Source: Sulfuricaulis sp. (lineage in GTDB: Bacteria; Pseudomonadota; Gammaproteobacteria; Acidiferrobacterales; Sulfurifustaceae). From it: a stretch of 64,000 bases of DNA. The notes beneath the pieces were generated by a model. It searched no databases. It was not told the DNA's origin and saw only the letters and a list, made by a program, of their open reading frames with translations. This document shows positions 1-10,184 of this stretch, one piece after another (positions within the stretch are counted from its first letter, which is position 1; each line of letters starts with the position of its first letter). The stretch is taken from assembly GCF_049587675.1 (NCBI RefSeq), contig NZ_JBAVEJ010000057.1, positions 12 to 64,011 on the forward strand, read 5' to 3'. A program made the translations under genes and the position numbers.

Positions 1-1
1 C

Positions 2-43
2 GCCCTGCTGGCCGCCGGGATCGTGACCAAAATATACCAATAA
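2..43 (+). CDS. 3' end of a gene entering from the left edge (…ALLAAGIVTKIYQ*), product unknown
   Basis: Open frame from position 2 to TAA at 41-43, followed by a hairpin with A/T tails. Confidence 0.35.
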   Translation, partial: ALLAAGIVTKIYQ

Positions 44-74
44 ACGTCCGCCTTCAGTCCTTGCCACGCGGCAT

Positions 75-103
75 AAAAAATCCGCCCTTTCGGGCGGTTT
101 TTT
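75..103. terminator. Bidirectional intrinsic terminator
   Basis: aaaaaa-tccgccc-tttc-gggcgg-tttttt between convergent genes. Confidence 0.8.
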
Positions 104-126
104 ACTGAGGGAATACGGCCTCTGCC

Positions 127-450
127 TCACGAAATGTCCACCACCCCTTCCATCGACCCGGACTCACCCAGGTTGTCGCTCCAGAAAACTTTCAGCTTGT
201 CGCCGTTCTTGGCGTCCTTGAGCCGGAATCCGAGCAGCGGGTCTTCAGAAATACCAGTGCCGGTACTTACCACCACGACCACCTTGCCGTTGAGTTCGAC
301 ATTCACCTTCTGGATGAAATGCGGCGGGATTTTAGTGTTGGTGTTCTTATCGGTGCGCAGTCCGGTTTCCATCGGGTGCGTGATCAGTATCTGCAACTCC
401 ACCACGCCATCCTGCAAGCGGGTGCGCATTTTCATTTTGCGATCTGCCAT
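127..450 (-). CDS. soxZ: Thiosulfate oxidation carrier complex protein SoxZ (no adjacent soxY)
   Basis: Motifs LITHPMETGLRTD, IPPHFIQ, GISEDPLLGFRL and WSDNLGES. ATG at 450 has GAGGA upstream. Confidence 0.85.
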   Translation of the reverse strand: MADRKMKMRTRLQDGVVELQILITHPMETGLRTDKNTNTKIPPHFIQKVNVELNGKVVVVVSTGTGISEDPLLGFRLKDAKNGDKLKVFWSDNLGESGSMEGVVDIS

Positions 451-528
451 TGAATCAATCCTCAACCGTTAACAATTAATAATACGAAACGAATCTCTCG
501 CGGGCAACAATACCAGTCATGATAGACT

Positions 529-3237
529 TCATTGTCCGCGGCTTTGTTCCTTGCGTGCAAGAAATACAGTTAGCGCCGGTACCAGAAACAAAATCGCCGG
601 CAATGAAAACAAATAACCCACTCCGACGGTAATAATTACTGGATGCAAGACAGCCACGGCGCCATTGGTAAACACAAGCGGTATCATGCCAGTGACGGTG
701 ACCAGGCTCAGCGCAAACAACGGGCGGAATTGATATTTGGCAACTCGTCGCAGTTTCTGTTGCCATGACAGATCCTGCCGACTCACTCCGGAAACGGATG
801 CGGCGAATATCGCCGCCTGCCCTGCCGTGATGCCGATCAGGATTAATCCGCCCATCCATACCGCCGGTGACAGCGGCATGCCGGACAGCAGTAATACCGC
901 GCCTGTTCCTGCCGCGACGCTGAAGGCGGTCAAGGCAATCATCGTCGCGGCACGCCATGATCGGTGCAACAACGCCTGTATGATGAACAAAAAAAACAGT
1001 GCTAATCCGAACATGGCGGAATCCTGGCTTCGGTTTGTTTCCACCATATTTCCGGAGTCTGCGAAGGAGAACCGGTAACCGGCGGGAAGTTTGTATTTTT
1101 CAAGCATTGCGTGTATCCGTTCCCCTGCCTGCTCTGGCGATACACCCTTGGCAGGCGATGCCATGATCTCGACTTCCGGAATTCCATGGCGTCGTCGAAT
1201 CTGCGTCGGAGCAGGAACGTGTTCAACGCGGGCGACATCGCCCAGATGCACGGCTGGCCGGTCTTCCAGTTCGCCCAGGAGCAGAATCCGGTCCAAGGCA
1301 ACGGCGTTACTGGATTCCTCCGGCGGCAGGCGCAGGCGAATATCATAGCGATGCTCGGCGTCGCGGAAATCCCCGGCCGGTATGCCGGAGAGCGCAATCG
1401 CCAGTGCTCTCCCGGCATCGGTGATTTCGATTCCCAGTTCTCGCGCACGATCTTCATCCATGCGCAGACTGAGTTCCTCGTGTGAAGCCTGCAAGCTGTG
1501 CCTTACTTCGCGCCAATCCGGCATGGAACGCAGTCGCTGTGCGATATCGTCGGCATACGTGGTCAAGCGTTCACGATCGGCTCCCTGAATGCGCACTACC
1601 ACGGCTCCCGCATCGTCGGTCAGCGAAGCTTCCTGTCGTTTAAGGGAAAATACCGTCAACATCAGGGCCGCCAGAATAATTACCAAGATCAGCGCAATTG
1701 CGGGTTTCCGCAGCAGCCGCCGTAACAGGTTATCGTACGATTGGCGTATTCCGGCGATCCAGTGACCGACGGGGCCTTTTCTATGCTCCTTCCCATGACG
1801 ACGGCGCTTGTCGAACGCCGAAACCAGCATCAGGGCGAACATGGCGGAGAGCAGCCAGGCGGCGCCAATAACGAGGACAAACTCCCGAAACACAAGGTTT
1901 ATTCCGCCACTCACGAACAAAACCGGTAACAGCGCGGCGGGAAGAGCAGCCACCATGGCCATAATTGGACTTACCGTGATGGCACCGTGGTCCGCAGGGC
2001 GGCGAGTGTTTTCGAACAGCAGGATGGCGCTGCTGCCGAACAAACCCGCGCCCATCACCAGCCCCCCGAGCGTCATCACATCGAGCGTAAATCTCAACAG
2101 CGCCATCAATACAAAAGCCGCCAGCAACGAGGCAGCGATGACAACCCCAAGTAGTACGCTACGTCGTCCGCTGCGCAACAACAGGTACCCCGTAAACAGC
2201 ACCAGTGCGACACCTGCCACGAGCGCCAAGGCGATACGCCCGAGTGATTGCCGCGCTTGAAGAAGTCTCGGCGAGAGAGGATGGATCTCGATGTCTTCGG
2301 GAATCAACCGGTTCGCGCGCATCCATTCTCCATGCGCCTGAATCCGTTCGACTACGTCCGACATGACCGCCCGCGCCTGACTGTGGACAGTAACTTTAAC
2401 GGCTTCTCTGCCGTCAAAATGGAAATGCTCTGGCCTCGCCCCTTCGCCGAGCGTTACCGTGGCGATTTCGGAGAGCGAGACGCTTTCGCCGTCAGGCAGG
2501 ATCACCGGTAGCGCCGCCACGGCGGCGGCACCACCCGATTGCATCGCCACGTGGCGGCCGTGGCTCTTTGCCGGCGGACGCCGAACCGCGGTATCCGTCG
2601 CGGGGGGCTTGCGGATCGCCTGCAACAGATCGCCGAACGAAAGCCCGTATCCCGCCAACCGCCGCTGATCCGGCATCACCAGGATTTCGCGCACCGCGCC
2701 GCCTTGCACGTCAACCGTGGACACGCCTGGCAACTCGCGGAGCTTTCTGGCGAACTCATCCTGGACCCAATCACGCAATGCCAGCGGGTCGCGCGCGTTC
2801 GACGTTACGACAAATTCCGCTGCGATGGACGATGCGTCCACAATGGAAACACCTGGCGGCTCCACCGAAGCGGGCCAGAATGACTTGGCCCGATCGAGCC
2901 GGACAGCCGCATCCTGCTGCGCGGCGTCGATATCGCGCCGGTGTTTCAACCGCATATCAATGACGGCGCCACCCGACTCGGTAACCGACTCGATACTTGA
3001 CACGCCCACGGTCCCGGTAAGCATCTGTTCCAAACGGCGAGTAATTTTCTCCTCGATCACCGACGCGCTCACGCCCGGTACCGAAACCCGCACAAGCAAG
3101 TGCGGCGCCTCATGCGCGGGCAACAGATCGATCGGAAGACGGCCGAGCGCGAAAAATCCCGACAACAAAACAGTCAGCGTGGCGAGGACAACAAGCAACC
3201 GATGTCGCGAAGACGGACGAACGGCGGCCGGGGGCAT
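529..3237 (-). CDS. AcrB/AcrD/AcrF-family RND permease, shortened (902 aa) and lacking canonical proton-relay residues
   Basis: N-terminal RLPIDLLP, LPGVSTVDVQGGAVREILV, two TM blocks and two porter regions. TM4 reads GLFGSSAILLFEN. Confidence 0.85.
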   Translation of the reverse strand: MPPAAVRPSSRHRLLVVLATLTVLLSGFFALGRLPIDLLPAHEAPHLLVRVSVPGVSASVIEEKITRRLEQMLTGTVGVSSIESVTESGGAVIDMRLKHRRDIDAAQQDAAVRLDRAKSFWPASVEPPGVSIVDASSIAAEFVVTSNARDPLALRDWVQDEFARKLRELPGVSTVDVQGGAVREILVMPDQRRLAGYGLSFGDLLQAIRKPPATDTAVRRPPAKSHGRHVAMQSGGAAAVAALPVILPDGESVSLSEIATVTLGEGARPEHFHFDGREAVKVTVHSQARAVMSDVVERIQAHGEWMRANRLIPEDIEIHPLSPRLLQARQSLGRIALALVAGVALVLFTGYLLLRSGRRSVLLGVVIAASLLAAFVLMALLRFTLDVMTLGGLVMGAGLFGSSAILLFENTRRPADHGAITVSPIMAMVAALPAALLPVLFVSGGINLVFREFVLVIGAAWLLSAMFALMLVSAFDKRRRHGKEHRKGPVGHWIAGIRQSYDNLLRRLLRKPAIALILVIILAALMLTVFSLKRQEASLTDDAGAVVVRIQGADRERLTTYADDIAQRLRSMPDWREVRHSLQASHEELSLRMDEDRARELGIEITDAGRALAIALSGIPAGDFRDAEHRYDIRLRLPPEESSNAVALDRILLLGELEDRPAVHLGDVARVEHVPAPTQIRRRHGIPEVEIMASPAKGVSPEQAGERIHAMLEKYKLPAGYRFSFADSGNMVETNRSQDSAMFGLALFFLFIIQALLHRSWRAATMIALTAFSVAAGTGAVLLLSGMPLSPAVWMGGLILIGITAGQAAIFAASVSGVSRQDLSWQQKLRRVAKYQFRPLFALSLVTVTGMIPLVFTNGAVAVLHPVIITVGVGYLFSLPAILFLVPALTVFLARKEQSRGQ

Positions 3238-3252
3238 GCGCCGCGTATTCCT

Positions 3253-3741
3253 TTAATCCTGCGCGCGTGCGAGAGTCAGAAGAGGCTCGAGCTCGGCGAG
3301 CGCACGCTGGTACACTTCGCGCTTGAAACTGATGATGTGCTCAAGCGGTCTCCAGTATTCGATCCAGCACCACTCGTCGAATTCTGGCCGCTCGCACAGA
3401 TCGAGCCGCACGTCAGCATCGCACCCCAGATGACGCAACAGGAACCAGATCTGTTTCTGGCCCCGGAAGGCGCTGTTCGGGTTGCGGCGGCGATAATCGT
3501 CGGGAATATCGTAATGCAGCCAGTCGCGGGTTCGTCCCAGTATCTCGACATGCGACGGAACGAGGCCGACCTCTTCGCGCAGCTCGCGGTACATGGCGGC
3601 CTCGATGGCTTCCTTCAGACGGATGCCGCCCTGCGGAAACTGCCAGCCGTCCTGGCCACAGCGCCGCGCCCAGAAAACCTGGTTGTGGCCATTGCACAGG
3701 ATAATGCCCACGTTGGGGCGGTAACCGTGTTCGTCTATCAT
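3253..3741 (-). CDS. rppH: RNA pyrophosphohydrolase (Nudix)
   Basis: [22 protein letters not shown], Nudix box [29 protein letters not shown]. Confidence 0.95.
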   Translation of the reverse strand: MIDEHGYRPNVGIILCNGHNQVFWARRCGQDGWQFPQGGIRLKEAIEAAMYRELREEVGLVPSHVEILGRTRDWLHYDIPDDYRRRNPNSAFRGQKQIWFLLRHLGCDADVRLDLCERPEFDEWCWIEYWRPLEHIISFKREVYQRALAELEPLLTLARAQD

Positions 3742-3780
3742 TACAATTCCACAAAAACCGAAATACGATGAGAACTTAGG

Positions 3781-4803
3781 GTGATTTTTCCACGAAGCCG
3801 CGGCGGCGGCAATGCTGGGCGCATAAGCGGTTGTTGCATCGGTATCGTGCTGCTGACCGGCGCGCTGGGTCTCTACGGCTGCGCTTCGCCGCCCCGTATC
3901 CCCGCCAATATCGTCCTGCGGGATGTTCACAACAACGGTTACACACTTGCCTTCGACAGCCGCTCGGAAACCCTGGCGAGCGGAGGATCGGAGGGCCGCA
4001 TCCGCCTGTGGCGCTTGCCGGACGGGAAGGAACTCTCCGGCTGGAAAGCGCACACCGATTCGTTGCAGGGGCTTGTGTTTCTCGACCACGACCGCGAATT
4101 GCTCTCCGCCGCCTACGATGGCTCACTCGCACGCTGGACGCGCAACGGAACGCTGCTGAAACGCCTGAACACACCGGCACCGGTCACCAGCATGGCGGCG
4201 GATGAAGCCGCCAATCTCGTCGTTACCGGACACAGCGACGGACATGTACGCCTGTGGCGGCTCGCGGATCTTTCTCTCTTGCGCGACCTGCATCCACATC
4301 GCGGTGCGGTGCGCGCGGTGGCCTATCATGCCGCCACCAACCAACTGGCCTCGAGCGGAACCGATGGACGCGTGTTTTACTGGCGAGCACGCGAGGAACC
4401 GCGCCCATTGCCCTCTCCACCCACGGACGCACAGGACCTGGCCTTCGCGCCCGACGGGACTTTTCTCATGGGTAGCGGCTGGTTCAATCTGTTCCGTTGG
4501 CAGCTCGATAACGGTGGCCTGCAGATACTACCGACGGTGCATCACGGCATCGTCAAGTCGATCAGCTTCAGTCGCGACGGCCGGACGCTGGCGAGCATCG
4601 GCCGTCAAACTGACAGCGCGGTATACCTGCTCGATGCCCAGACCGGCGTCGTGCTGAAGCGTTTTCAGCCGCATGAACTGTGCGGAAGTGTCGTGCGTCT
4701 CTCGCCCGACGGGCGCTATCTCGCCTCCACTTCCGACGACGCGAGCGTATACATCTGGGACCTGCAGCACCCGCTGCCGGAACAGACTTTCTTCTCAAAA
4801 TAA
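3781..4803 (+). CDS. WD40-repeat beta-propeller lipoprotein
   Basis: Hydrophobic stretch plus lipobox LYGC. About 7 repeats such as [25 protein letters not shown] and [14 protein letters not shown]. Confidence 0.8.
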   Translation: MIFPRSRGGGNAGRISGCCIGIVLLTGALGLYGCASPPRIPANIVLRDVHNNGYTLAFDSRSETLASGGSEGRIRLWRLPDGKELSGWKAHTDSLQGLVFLDHDRELLSAAYDGSLARWTRNGTLLKRLNTPAPVTSMAADEAANLVVTGHSDGHVRLWRLADLSLLRDLHPHRGAVRAVAYHAATNQLASSGTDGRVFYWRAREEPRPLPSPPTDAQDLAFAPDGTFLMGSGWFNLFRWQLDNGGLQILPTVHHGIVKSISFSRDGRTLASIGRQTDSAVYLLDAQTGVVLKRFQPHELCGSVVRLSPDGRYLASTSDDASVYIWDLQHPLPEQTFFSK

Positions 4804-4911
4804 AATATATTGCACCGCCAAGAAAGCAAGAAACATGAAATATCTCTCGCAAGAATTCTCCCGATACCCTTGGCGTCTTGGCGGTTTAATTTTATTAAAC
4901 AGGATTTAATC

Positions 4912-5565
4912 TTGAGCCTCGCTATCTTCGACCTCGACAACACGCTGCTGCGCGGCGACAGCGATCACGCGTGGGGACGGTTCCTGATCGAGAATCACGT
5001 TGTCGATGGCGCGGAGTACGAGCGCGAAAACGAACGTTACTACGCCCAGTATCAGGCGGGCACGCTCGATATCATGGAGTTTCTCGCGTTCGCCTTGAAA
5101 CCGCTCGCCGCCCACGACCGCGCCAGCCTGGATAGCTGGCACCGGCAGTACATGCAGACCAAGATTCTGCCCATGATCACACCCGCCGCCCGCGCGCTCG
5201 TGAACCTGCACCGCGCTCACGGCGATACACTCGTCATCATCACCGCGACCAACCGCTTCGTCACAGAACCGATCGCATGGGAGTTCAATATTCCGCACCT
5301 CATCGCCACCGAACCGGAGGAGCGCGACGGGCGCTTTACCGGCAGGGTCGCGGGCACGCCCTGCTACCGCGAAGGCAAGGTAACGCGGCTGAAGAGCTGG
5401 ATGCAGGAACAGGGGCAGACATTGCAGGACAGCTGGTTCTACAGCGATTCGCACAACGATCTGCCGTTGCTTTCCATCGTCGACCACCCGGTGGCGGTCA
5501 ATCCCGACGATATCCTGCGGCGCGAGGCGCAGCAGCGCGGCTGGCAGATTCTGCCCCTGCGCTGA
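4912..5565 (+). CDS. HAD-IB family phosphatase (SerB-like; possibly HisN-type histidinol phosphatase)
   Basis: LAIFDLDNTLLRGDSD, IITATNRF, GK motif, FYSDSHNDLPLL. TTG start inferred. Confidence 0.85.
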   Translation: MSLAIFDLDNTLLRGDSDHAWGRFLIENHVVDGAEYERENERYYAQYQAGTLDIMEFLAFALKPLAAHDRASLDSWHRQYMQTKILPMITPAARALVNLHRAHGDTLVIITATNRFVTEPIAWEFNIPHLIATEPEERDGRFTGRVAGTPCYREGKVTRLKSWMQEQGQTLQDSWFYSDSHNDLPLLSIVDHPVAVNPDDILRREAQQRGWQILPLR

Positions 5566-5576
5566 GTGAATCGCCC

Positions 5577-6548
5577 ATGAACCGCCGCCTGCCGATCACG
5601 CTCCTGCTGCTGGCGGCGGCGCCATTAAGCCTGTGGTTTGCTCTGTCCCAGGGCAGCCTGAACATTGCGGCGACGGAACTGTGGCGGGCGCTGCTCGGCA
5701 ACCACGACAACGCCACGGTGTATCTGGTCATACACGAATTGCGTCTCCCGCGCGCGCTCGCGGCTTTCGCCGTGGGCGGACTGCTGGCGCTCTCGGGCGC
5801 ATTGCTGCAAGTGCTGTTGCGCAATCCGCTCGCGGATCCCTATGTGCTCGGCATCTCGGGCGGCGCGGCGGTCGCGACGCTGCTATCGATGCTGGCCGGT
5901 CTCGGCGCCGGATGGTTGCGTGGTAACGCCTTCCTCGGCGCCATGCTTTCCATGCTCATCGTCTTCGGCTTAAGCCGCGCCGGTGCCGCCTGGACGCAGA
6001 ATCGTCTGCTGCTCACCGGCGTGGTGGTCGCCGCCGGCTGGGGCGCCGTGATCAGCCTGATTCTGGCCGTGGCGCCGGCAGCACAGGTTCAAGGAATGCT
6101 CTTCTGGCTGATCGGCGATCTGAGTTACGCTTCTCAACCCGGAGTGGCGATTACTGCCCTGGTGATCGGTCTCGCGGTGTCCCTGTGGCTCGCGCGCCCG
6201 CTCAATCTGCTCATGCGCGGCGAAAATGTCGCCGCCACGCTGGGAGAGAATCCGGCGCGGCTGCGCCTTATGATTTATCTCCTGGCCTCGCTGCTGACGG
6301 CCATGGCGGTCACACTGGCGGGAAGCATAGGGTTCGTGGGTTTGATCATTCCCCATATATTAAGGTTGGCCGGCGGCTCCGATCACCGTTTTCTGCTGCC
6401 CGCGAGCGTCCTGTTCGGCGGCGGATTTCTGACGGTGGCCGATACCCTGGCACGCAGTGGGGCGGCACCCATGCAGCTCCCGGTCGGCGTGCTCACCGCC
6501 CTGCTGGGCGTCCCGGTGTTTCTTTTTCTTCTCGCCCGAACGCGCTGA
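5577..6548 (+). CDS. FecCD/BtuC-family ABC permease, probably cobalamin
   Basis: LRLPRALAA, LRNPLADPYVLGISGGA, GSIGFVGLIIPH, LPVGVLTALLGVP. Confidence 0.9.
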   Translation: MNRRLPITLLLLAAAPLSLWFALSQGSLNIAATELWRALLGNHDNATVYLVIHELRLPRALAAFAVGGLLALSGALLQVLLRNPLADPYVLGISGGAAVATLLSMLAGLGAGWLRGNAFLGAMLSMLIVFGLSRAGAAWTQNRLLLTGVVVAAGWGAVISLILAVAPAAQVQGMLFWLIGDLSYASQPGVAITALVIGLAVSLWLARPLNLLMRGENVAATLGENPARLRLMIYLLASLLTAMAVTLAGSIGFVGLIIPHILRLAGGSDHRFLLPASVLFGGGFLTVADTLARSGAAPMQLPVGVLTALLGVPVFLFLLARTR

Positions 6549-7309
6549 TGCTACGCACAGACCGCCTGACACTGCGCATCGCCGATCGCACTCTGTGCAA
6601 TCGGCTCGATGTCGGTTTCAACGACGGCGAGAACTGGGTAATCCTCGGAGCAAATGGCAGCGGCAAGACAACGCTGCTGCACGCGCTCGCCGGCCTGCGC
6701 GAACCGGATCAAGGTGACGTCCTTCTCGACAACGTTCCCGTAAGCGCTATCCCGCATCGTCAGCGCGCGCGACGGTTGGGCGTGCTGTTTCAGGATTTCG
6801 AATCGGCATTCCCGGCCACGGTGCTCGAGACCGTGCTGACCGGTCGTTACCCGCGCCTGGAACGCTGGCAGTGGGAAAGCGCGGAGGATTATCGCGCGGC
6901 CGAAACCGCGCTCGAGACCGTCGAACTCGCCGGTTTTGCCCAGCGGCCGCTCGCCACCCTGTCGGGCGGCGAGCGGCGGCGCGTCGAAATAGCCGCCCTG
7001 CTTACCCAAGATGCGCCCATTTGCCTGTTGGACGAGCCGACAAACCACCTCGACCTGCGTCACCAGATCCGGATGCTGGAAATGCTGGCCAGCCGTGCAC
7101 ATCGGCCAGGCCACCTGAACATTATTGTTCTACACGACGTTAATCTCGCCGCGCGCTTTGGCACCCATGGCATCCTGCTGTTCGACGATGGCGAATGCCT
7201 CCATGGACCGCTGGGCGACATACTCGCGCGCCCGAACCTCGAGCGGCTGTATCACTGCCGCCTGCGCGAAATTCACGCCGATGGCGCCCGATGGTATCTG
7301 CCCGACTAA
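6548..7309 (+). CDS. ABC ATP-binding subunit (FepC/BtuD-like)
   Basis: Walker A GANGSGKT, signature LSGGE, Walker B LLDEPT. ATG overlaps the permease TGA. Confidence 0.9.
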   Translation: MLRTDRLTLRIADRTLCNRLDVGFNDGENWVILGANGSGKTTLLHALAGLREPDQGDVLLDNVPVSAIPHRQRARRLGVLFQDFESAFPATVLETVLTGRYPRLERWQWESAEDYRAAETALETVELAGFAQRPLATLSGGERRRVEIAALLTQDAPICLLDEPTNHLDLRHQIRMLEMLASRAHRPGHLNIIVLHDVNLAARFGTHGILLFDDGECLHGPLGDILARPNLERLYHCRLREIHADGARWYLPD

Positions 7310-7319
7310 CGCCCAGTGT

Positions 7320-7443
7320 CCGAGGCGCATGCTCTTTCGGCGGTGGCGGCCGGTGCGACTCATTGAACGTTGCCTCATGTGACGGCCCGGCGTACTCCCT
7401 TCGAAGGAGCTTCGCCTCGGAAGGGAGTCGCCCTGCGCCTCGG
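7320..7443. other. Nested-hairpin intergenic element (REP/MITE-like or structured RNA)
   Basis: ccgaggcgca (7320-7329) pairs with tgcgcctcgg (7434-7443). Inner actcccttc (7394-7402) pairs with gaagggagt (7420-7428). Confidence 0.45.
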
Positions 7444-7631
7444 GATCCGGCGGCTAGTGCCAAAGTGGATTAAAAAAGGGCCGGCCGTTATACTTCCGGC
7501 CACTCGCAGCGGTACTTAATAATAGAGGATGGGGCACGCGCATTGGGATTGAGTCGTCTGCTTGAATCCGCGCCGGGGCATGGGCTCCCTGTCCGTCCTT
7601 TGCATCTCCTTTTCCCGGCGGTGACGTACCT

Positions 7632-9995
7632 ATGATGCGTCTACGGCTTTTCCCACGAACGTTGCGTGCGCGGATCGCCGCCTCCTTCTCCATCCTTTTA
7701 TTGCTTACCGCCGCCGTCGTCACTCTCGCTTTCGCGCGCCAGGCGGCCCACACCCATCTTGAGGCACAACAACAACTGGCCCAGAACCTGATGGTGTTCG
7801 TCGAGCCGGCCGTGCGTGGCATGGTGGCAAATTATGATGTCACGGGGCTGGACAATTACATGCAAAAAATTGCCGCCGACCCCGCGATCGCCTCGATCCG
7901 CATCGTCGACGAAAGCGGCGGCTCCCTGCTGTACCAGCATCAGGGTGACATGGAGCCGGCCAGCGGGATGTCGCGGATACTGGCGGGTGTTTCCGGCGCA
8001 AGCCCGCTGCTCAAATCGGAAATTACCGTCAACGGCGTAAGGGTCGGGCGCCTCGAAGCACTGCTATCGTACGCACCGCTCAATCAAAGCATACGGCACG
8101 TGATCATTGTCGGCAGCGCGTTGACCGCGATCGTGCTGGCCGTGGCTTTCCTGCTCGCATATCTGCTGCTAACCCGTTTTACCGCGCCGCTCCGGCCGCT
8201 CATGGAATGGGCGCGCGAATTCGCCCACGGTAACTGGCATCCGCGCGTGAAACTGATCGAGTCGGGCAGCCGTGAAATCCAGGAACTCAACCAGGCGTTC
8301 ACCGACGGCTCGGCCACGATGCGGCACTATATTCAAAGCCTCGAAGAAACACGCGAGCTGCTCGAATACAGTGAAACGCGCCTGCGAAAACTCGTCAACA
8401 GCATGCACGAAATCCTGTTCGAGCTCGATGCCGACGGCCGCATCATCTTCCTCAACCCGGCTTGGCAGGCCCTGACCGGTTTTGCCGCGGAAGAATCGCT
8501 CGGAAAATCTTTCAGCGATTTTCTTCTGGGCGAGGACGCCATCCGCGACTTCGAGGCCAACGCGCTCCCGCGCCTGCACGAGAAAAACCGCGAGATCTCG
8601 CTGCGCTCGGCGAATGGCAAGCACTTGTGGATGAGTCTCGATGCCGATGCCCAAACTGACTCGGCGGGAAATTTTACCGGTATCATCGGCACGTTCAGTG
8701 ATATCACCAGGAGTGTTGAACTCAACCACCTGCTGAGCCGGTATCAGGACGAGCTGTATCACCTGTCTGTCACCGATCCGTTGACCGGTCTCTACAACCG
8801 CCGCCACTTCGACAGCCAGCTGGAAGTTATCTTGTCGGATCATTTGCCGAAGAACATGCCGGTGTGTCTGCTGCTCATCGATCTCGACGGCTTCAAATTC
8901 ATCAACGACACCTACGGCCATCCTTTCGGCGACGAGGTGCTGCGCACCACCGCCCAATTGCTCAAGCAGCAGGTGCGGCGCAACGACTACATCGCGCGCC
9001 TGGCGGGCGATGAATTCGCCATGGTGCTCAAGAACACCGACATCGAAAACGCCACGCGAATCGCGCAGAAACTCCACGACTGCATCGGCGATACGCGCAT
9101 CCCGTTGCCGGTGGGGCACATGCAGCTTCAGTCCTCCATGGGCGTGGCCGAGGCACCGACGCACGGAGCCAACGCCCAGGACCTGGTGAGCGCCGCGGAT
9201 GTCGCGCTCTACCACAGCAAACGCGGAGGCCGCAATCGCATCGAGGTGCTGTCACCGGATATCAGCCGGGCTGTAATGTCGATCTTCAGCCAGGGGTTCC
9301 AGTTGCGTAATGCGATCGAACAGGGACACATCCATCCCGCCTTTCAGCCTATCTGCAATCTCAAGAACGGAGTTCCGATGGCCTACGAAGTCCTGGCGCG
9401 CATGCGTGTCAATGGTCTGGTGATCCAGGCAAAGGACTTCATCACGGTGGCGGAGGAGCTGGGACTGACGCGTGAGGTGGACCTGCACGTCATCGGTCAG
9501 GCGCTGTTGCTAACGCCCTCGGAACATGCCTTGTTTCTCAACGTGGATATCTCTTCTTTCAACGACAAGGAATTTGTGCAGGATCTGAGCAAGTTGCTCA
9601 AACCGGCCTGTGCCGATGGACGCTCGATTACCATCGAGATCACCGAACGCGAGACCATTCCCTTGTGCGACAGTCTGCATCAGGATATCCAGACCCTGCG
9701 CGCCCTCGGTTGCAAGTTGGCGCTCGACGATTTCGGCAGCGGTTATTCCACGTATAACTTCCTCAACCAGTTCCGACCGGATTACCTCAAAATCGAGGGC
9801 TCATTCGTGCGCGGCATGATGCAAAACGAAGCCGACCGCAAGATTGTGACCCATATTCACGAACTGGCCTCCTCCTTTGGGATGCAAACCATCGCTGAAA
9901 GCGTGGAAGACGCCGCGACTGAACACGCGCTTCAGGAAATCGGGATTTGCAATGCCCAGGGCCTGTTCTATGGCGCTCCGCGTCTGGTTTCCTGA
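7632..9995 (+). CDS. Membrane-anchored HAMP-PAS-GGDEF-EAL diguanylate cyclase/phosphodiesterase
   Basis: Two TM segments, HAMP, PAS (IIFLNPAWQALTGF), DPLTGLYNRR, RxxD site RRND, AGDEF, EVLARM, DDFGSGYS, AQG. Confidence 0.92.
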   Translation: MMRLRLFPRTLRARIAASFSILLLLTAAVVTLAFARQAAHTHLEAQQQLAQNLMVFVEPAVRGMVANYDVTGLDNYMQKIAADPAIASIRIVDESGGSLLYQHQGDMEPASGMSRILAGVSGASPLLKSEITVNGVRVGRLEALLSYAPLNQSIRHVIIVGSALTAIVLAVAFLLAYLLLTRFTAPLRPLMEWAREFAHGNWHPRVKLIESGSREIQELNQAFTDGSATMRHYIQSLEETRELLEYSETRLRKLVNSMHEILFELDADGRIIFLNPAWQALTGFAAEESLGKSFSDFLLGEDAIRDFEANALPRLHEKNREISLRSANGKHLWMSLDADAQTDSAGNFTGIIGTFSDITRSVELNHLLSRYQDELYHLSVTDPLTGLYNRRHFDSQLEVILSDHLPKNMPVCLLLIDLDGFKFINDTYGHPFGDEVLRTTAQLLKQQVRRNDYIARLAGDEFAMVLKNTDIENATRIAQKLHDCIGDTRIPLPVGHMQLQSSMGVAEAPTHGANAQDLVSAADVALYHSKRGGRNRIEVLSPDISRAVMSIFSQGFQLRNAIEQGHIHPAFQPICNLKNGVPMAYEVLARMRVNGLVIQAKDFITVAEELGLTREVDLHVIGQALLLTPSEHALFLNVDISSFNDKEFVQDLSKLLKPACADGRSITIEITERETIPLCDSLHQDIQTLRALGCKLALDDFGSGYSTYNFLNQFRPDYLKIEGSFVRGMMQNEADRKIVTHIHELASSFGMQTIAESVEDAATEHALQEIGICNAQGLFYGAPRLVS

Positions 9996-10184
9996 TCCTG
10001 CCCTGGTTATCTACCAGTGACATTTTGGACGATATCAATTAAAATCATTGATCTTTATATGCAATAATAACGATGGAAAGTTTCTCCAATTTGAGAAGAA
10101 TAGGCGCCCGGCTGCTTGATGTTGTCTTGAATTACCATTTACCATTCACGGTTTAATTAAATCTTAACAAGGAAGCTTAACTTT

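Noticed and set aside
8169..9215. Long antisense or overlapping ORFs in the track (e.g. 8169-9215, 14287-15327, 29294-30502, 33718-34977, 41666-42685)
   Set aside because: Each lies opposite a well-supported gene and shows no motifs. Such shadow frames are expected in GC-rich DNA.
7632..9995. Catalytically dead GGDEF/EAL domains
   Set aside because: AGDEF and EVL are variants compatible with activity, and the N, E, DDFGSGYS, K, E and Q residues are retained, so degeneracy is not supported.
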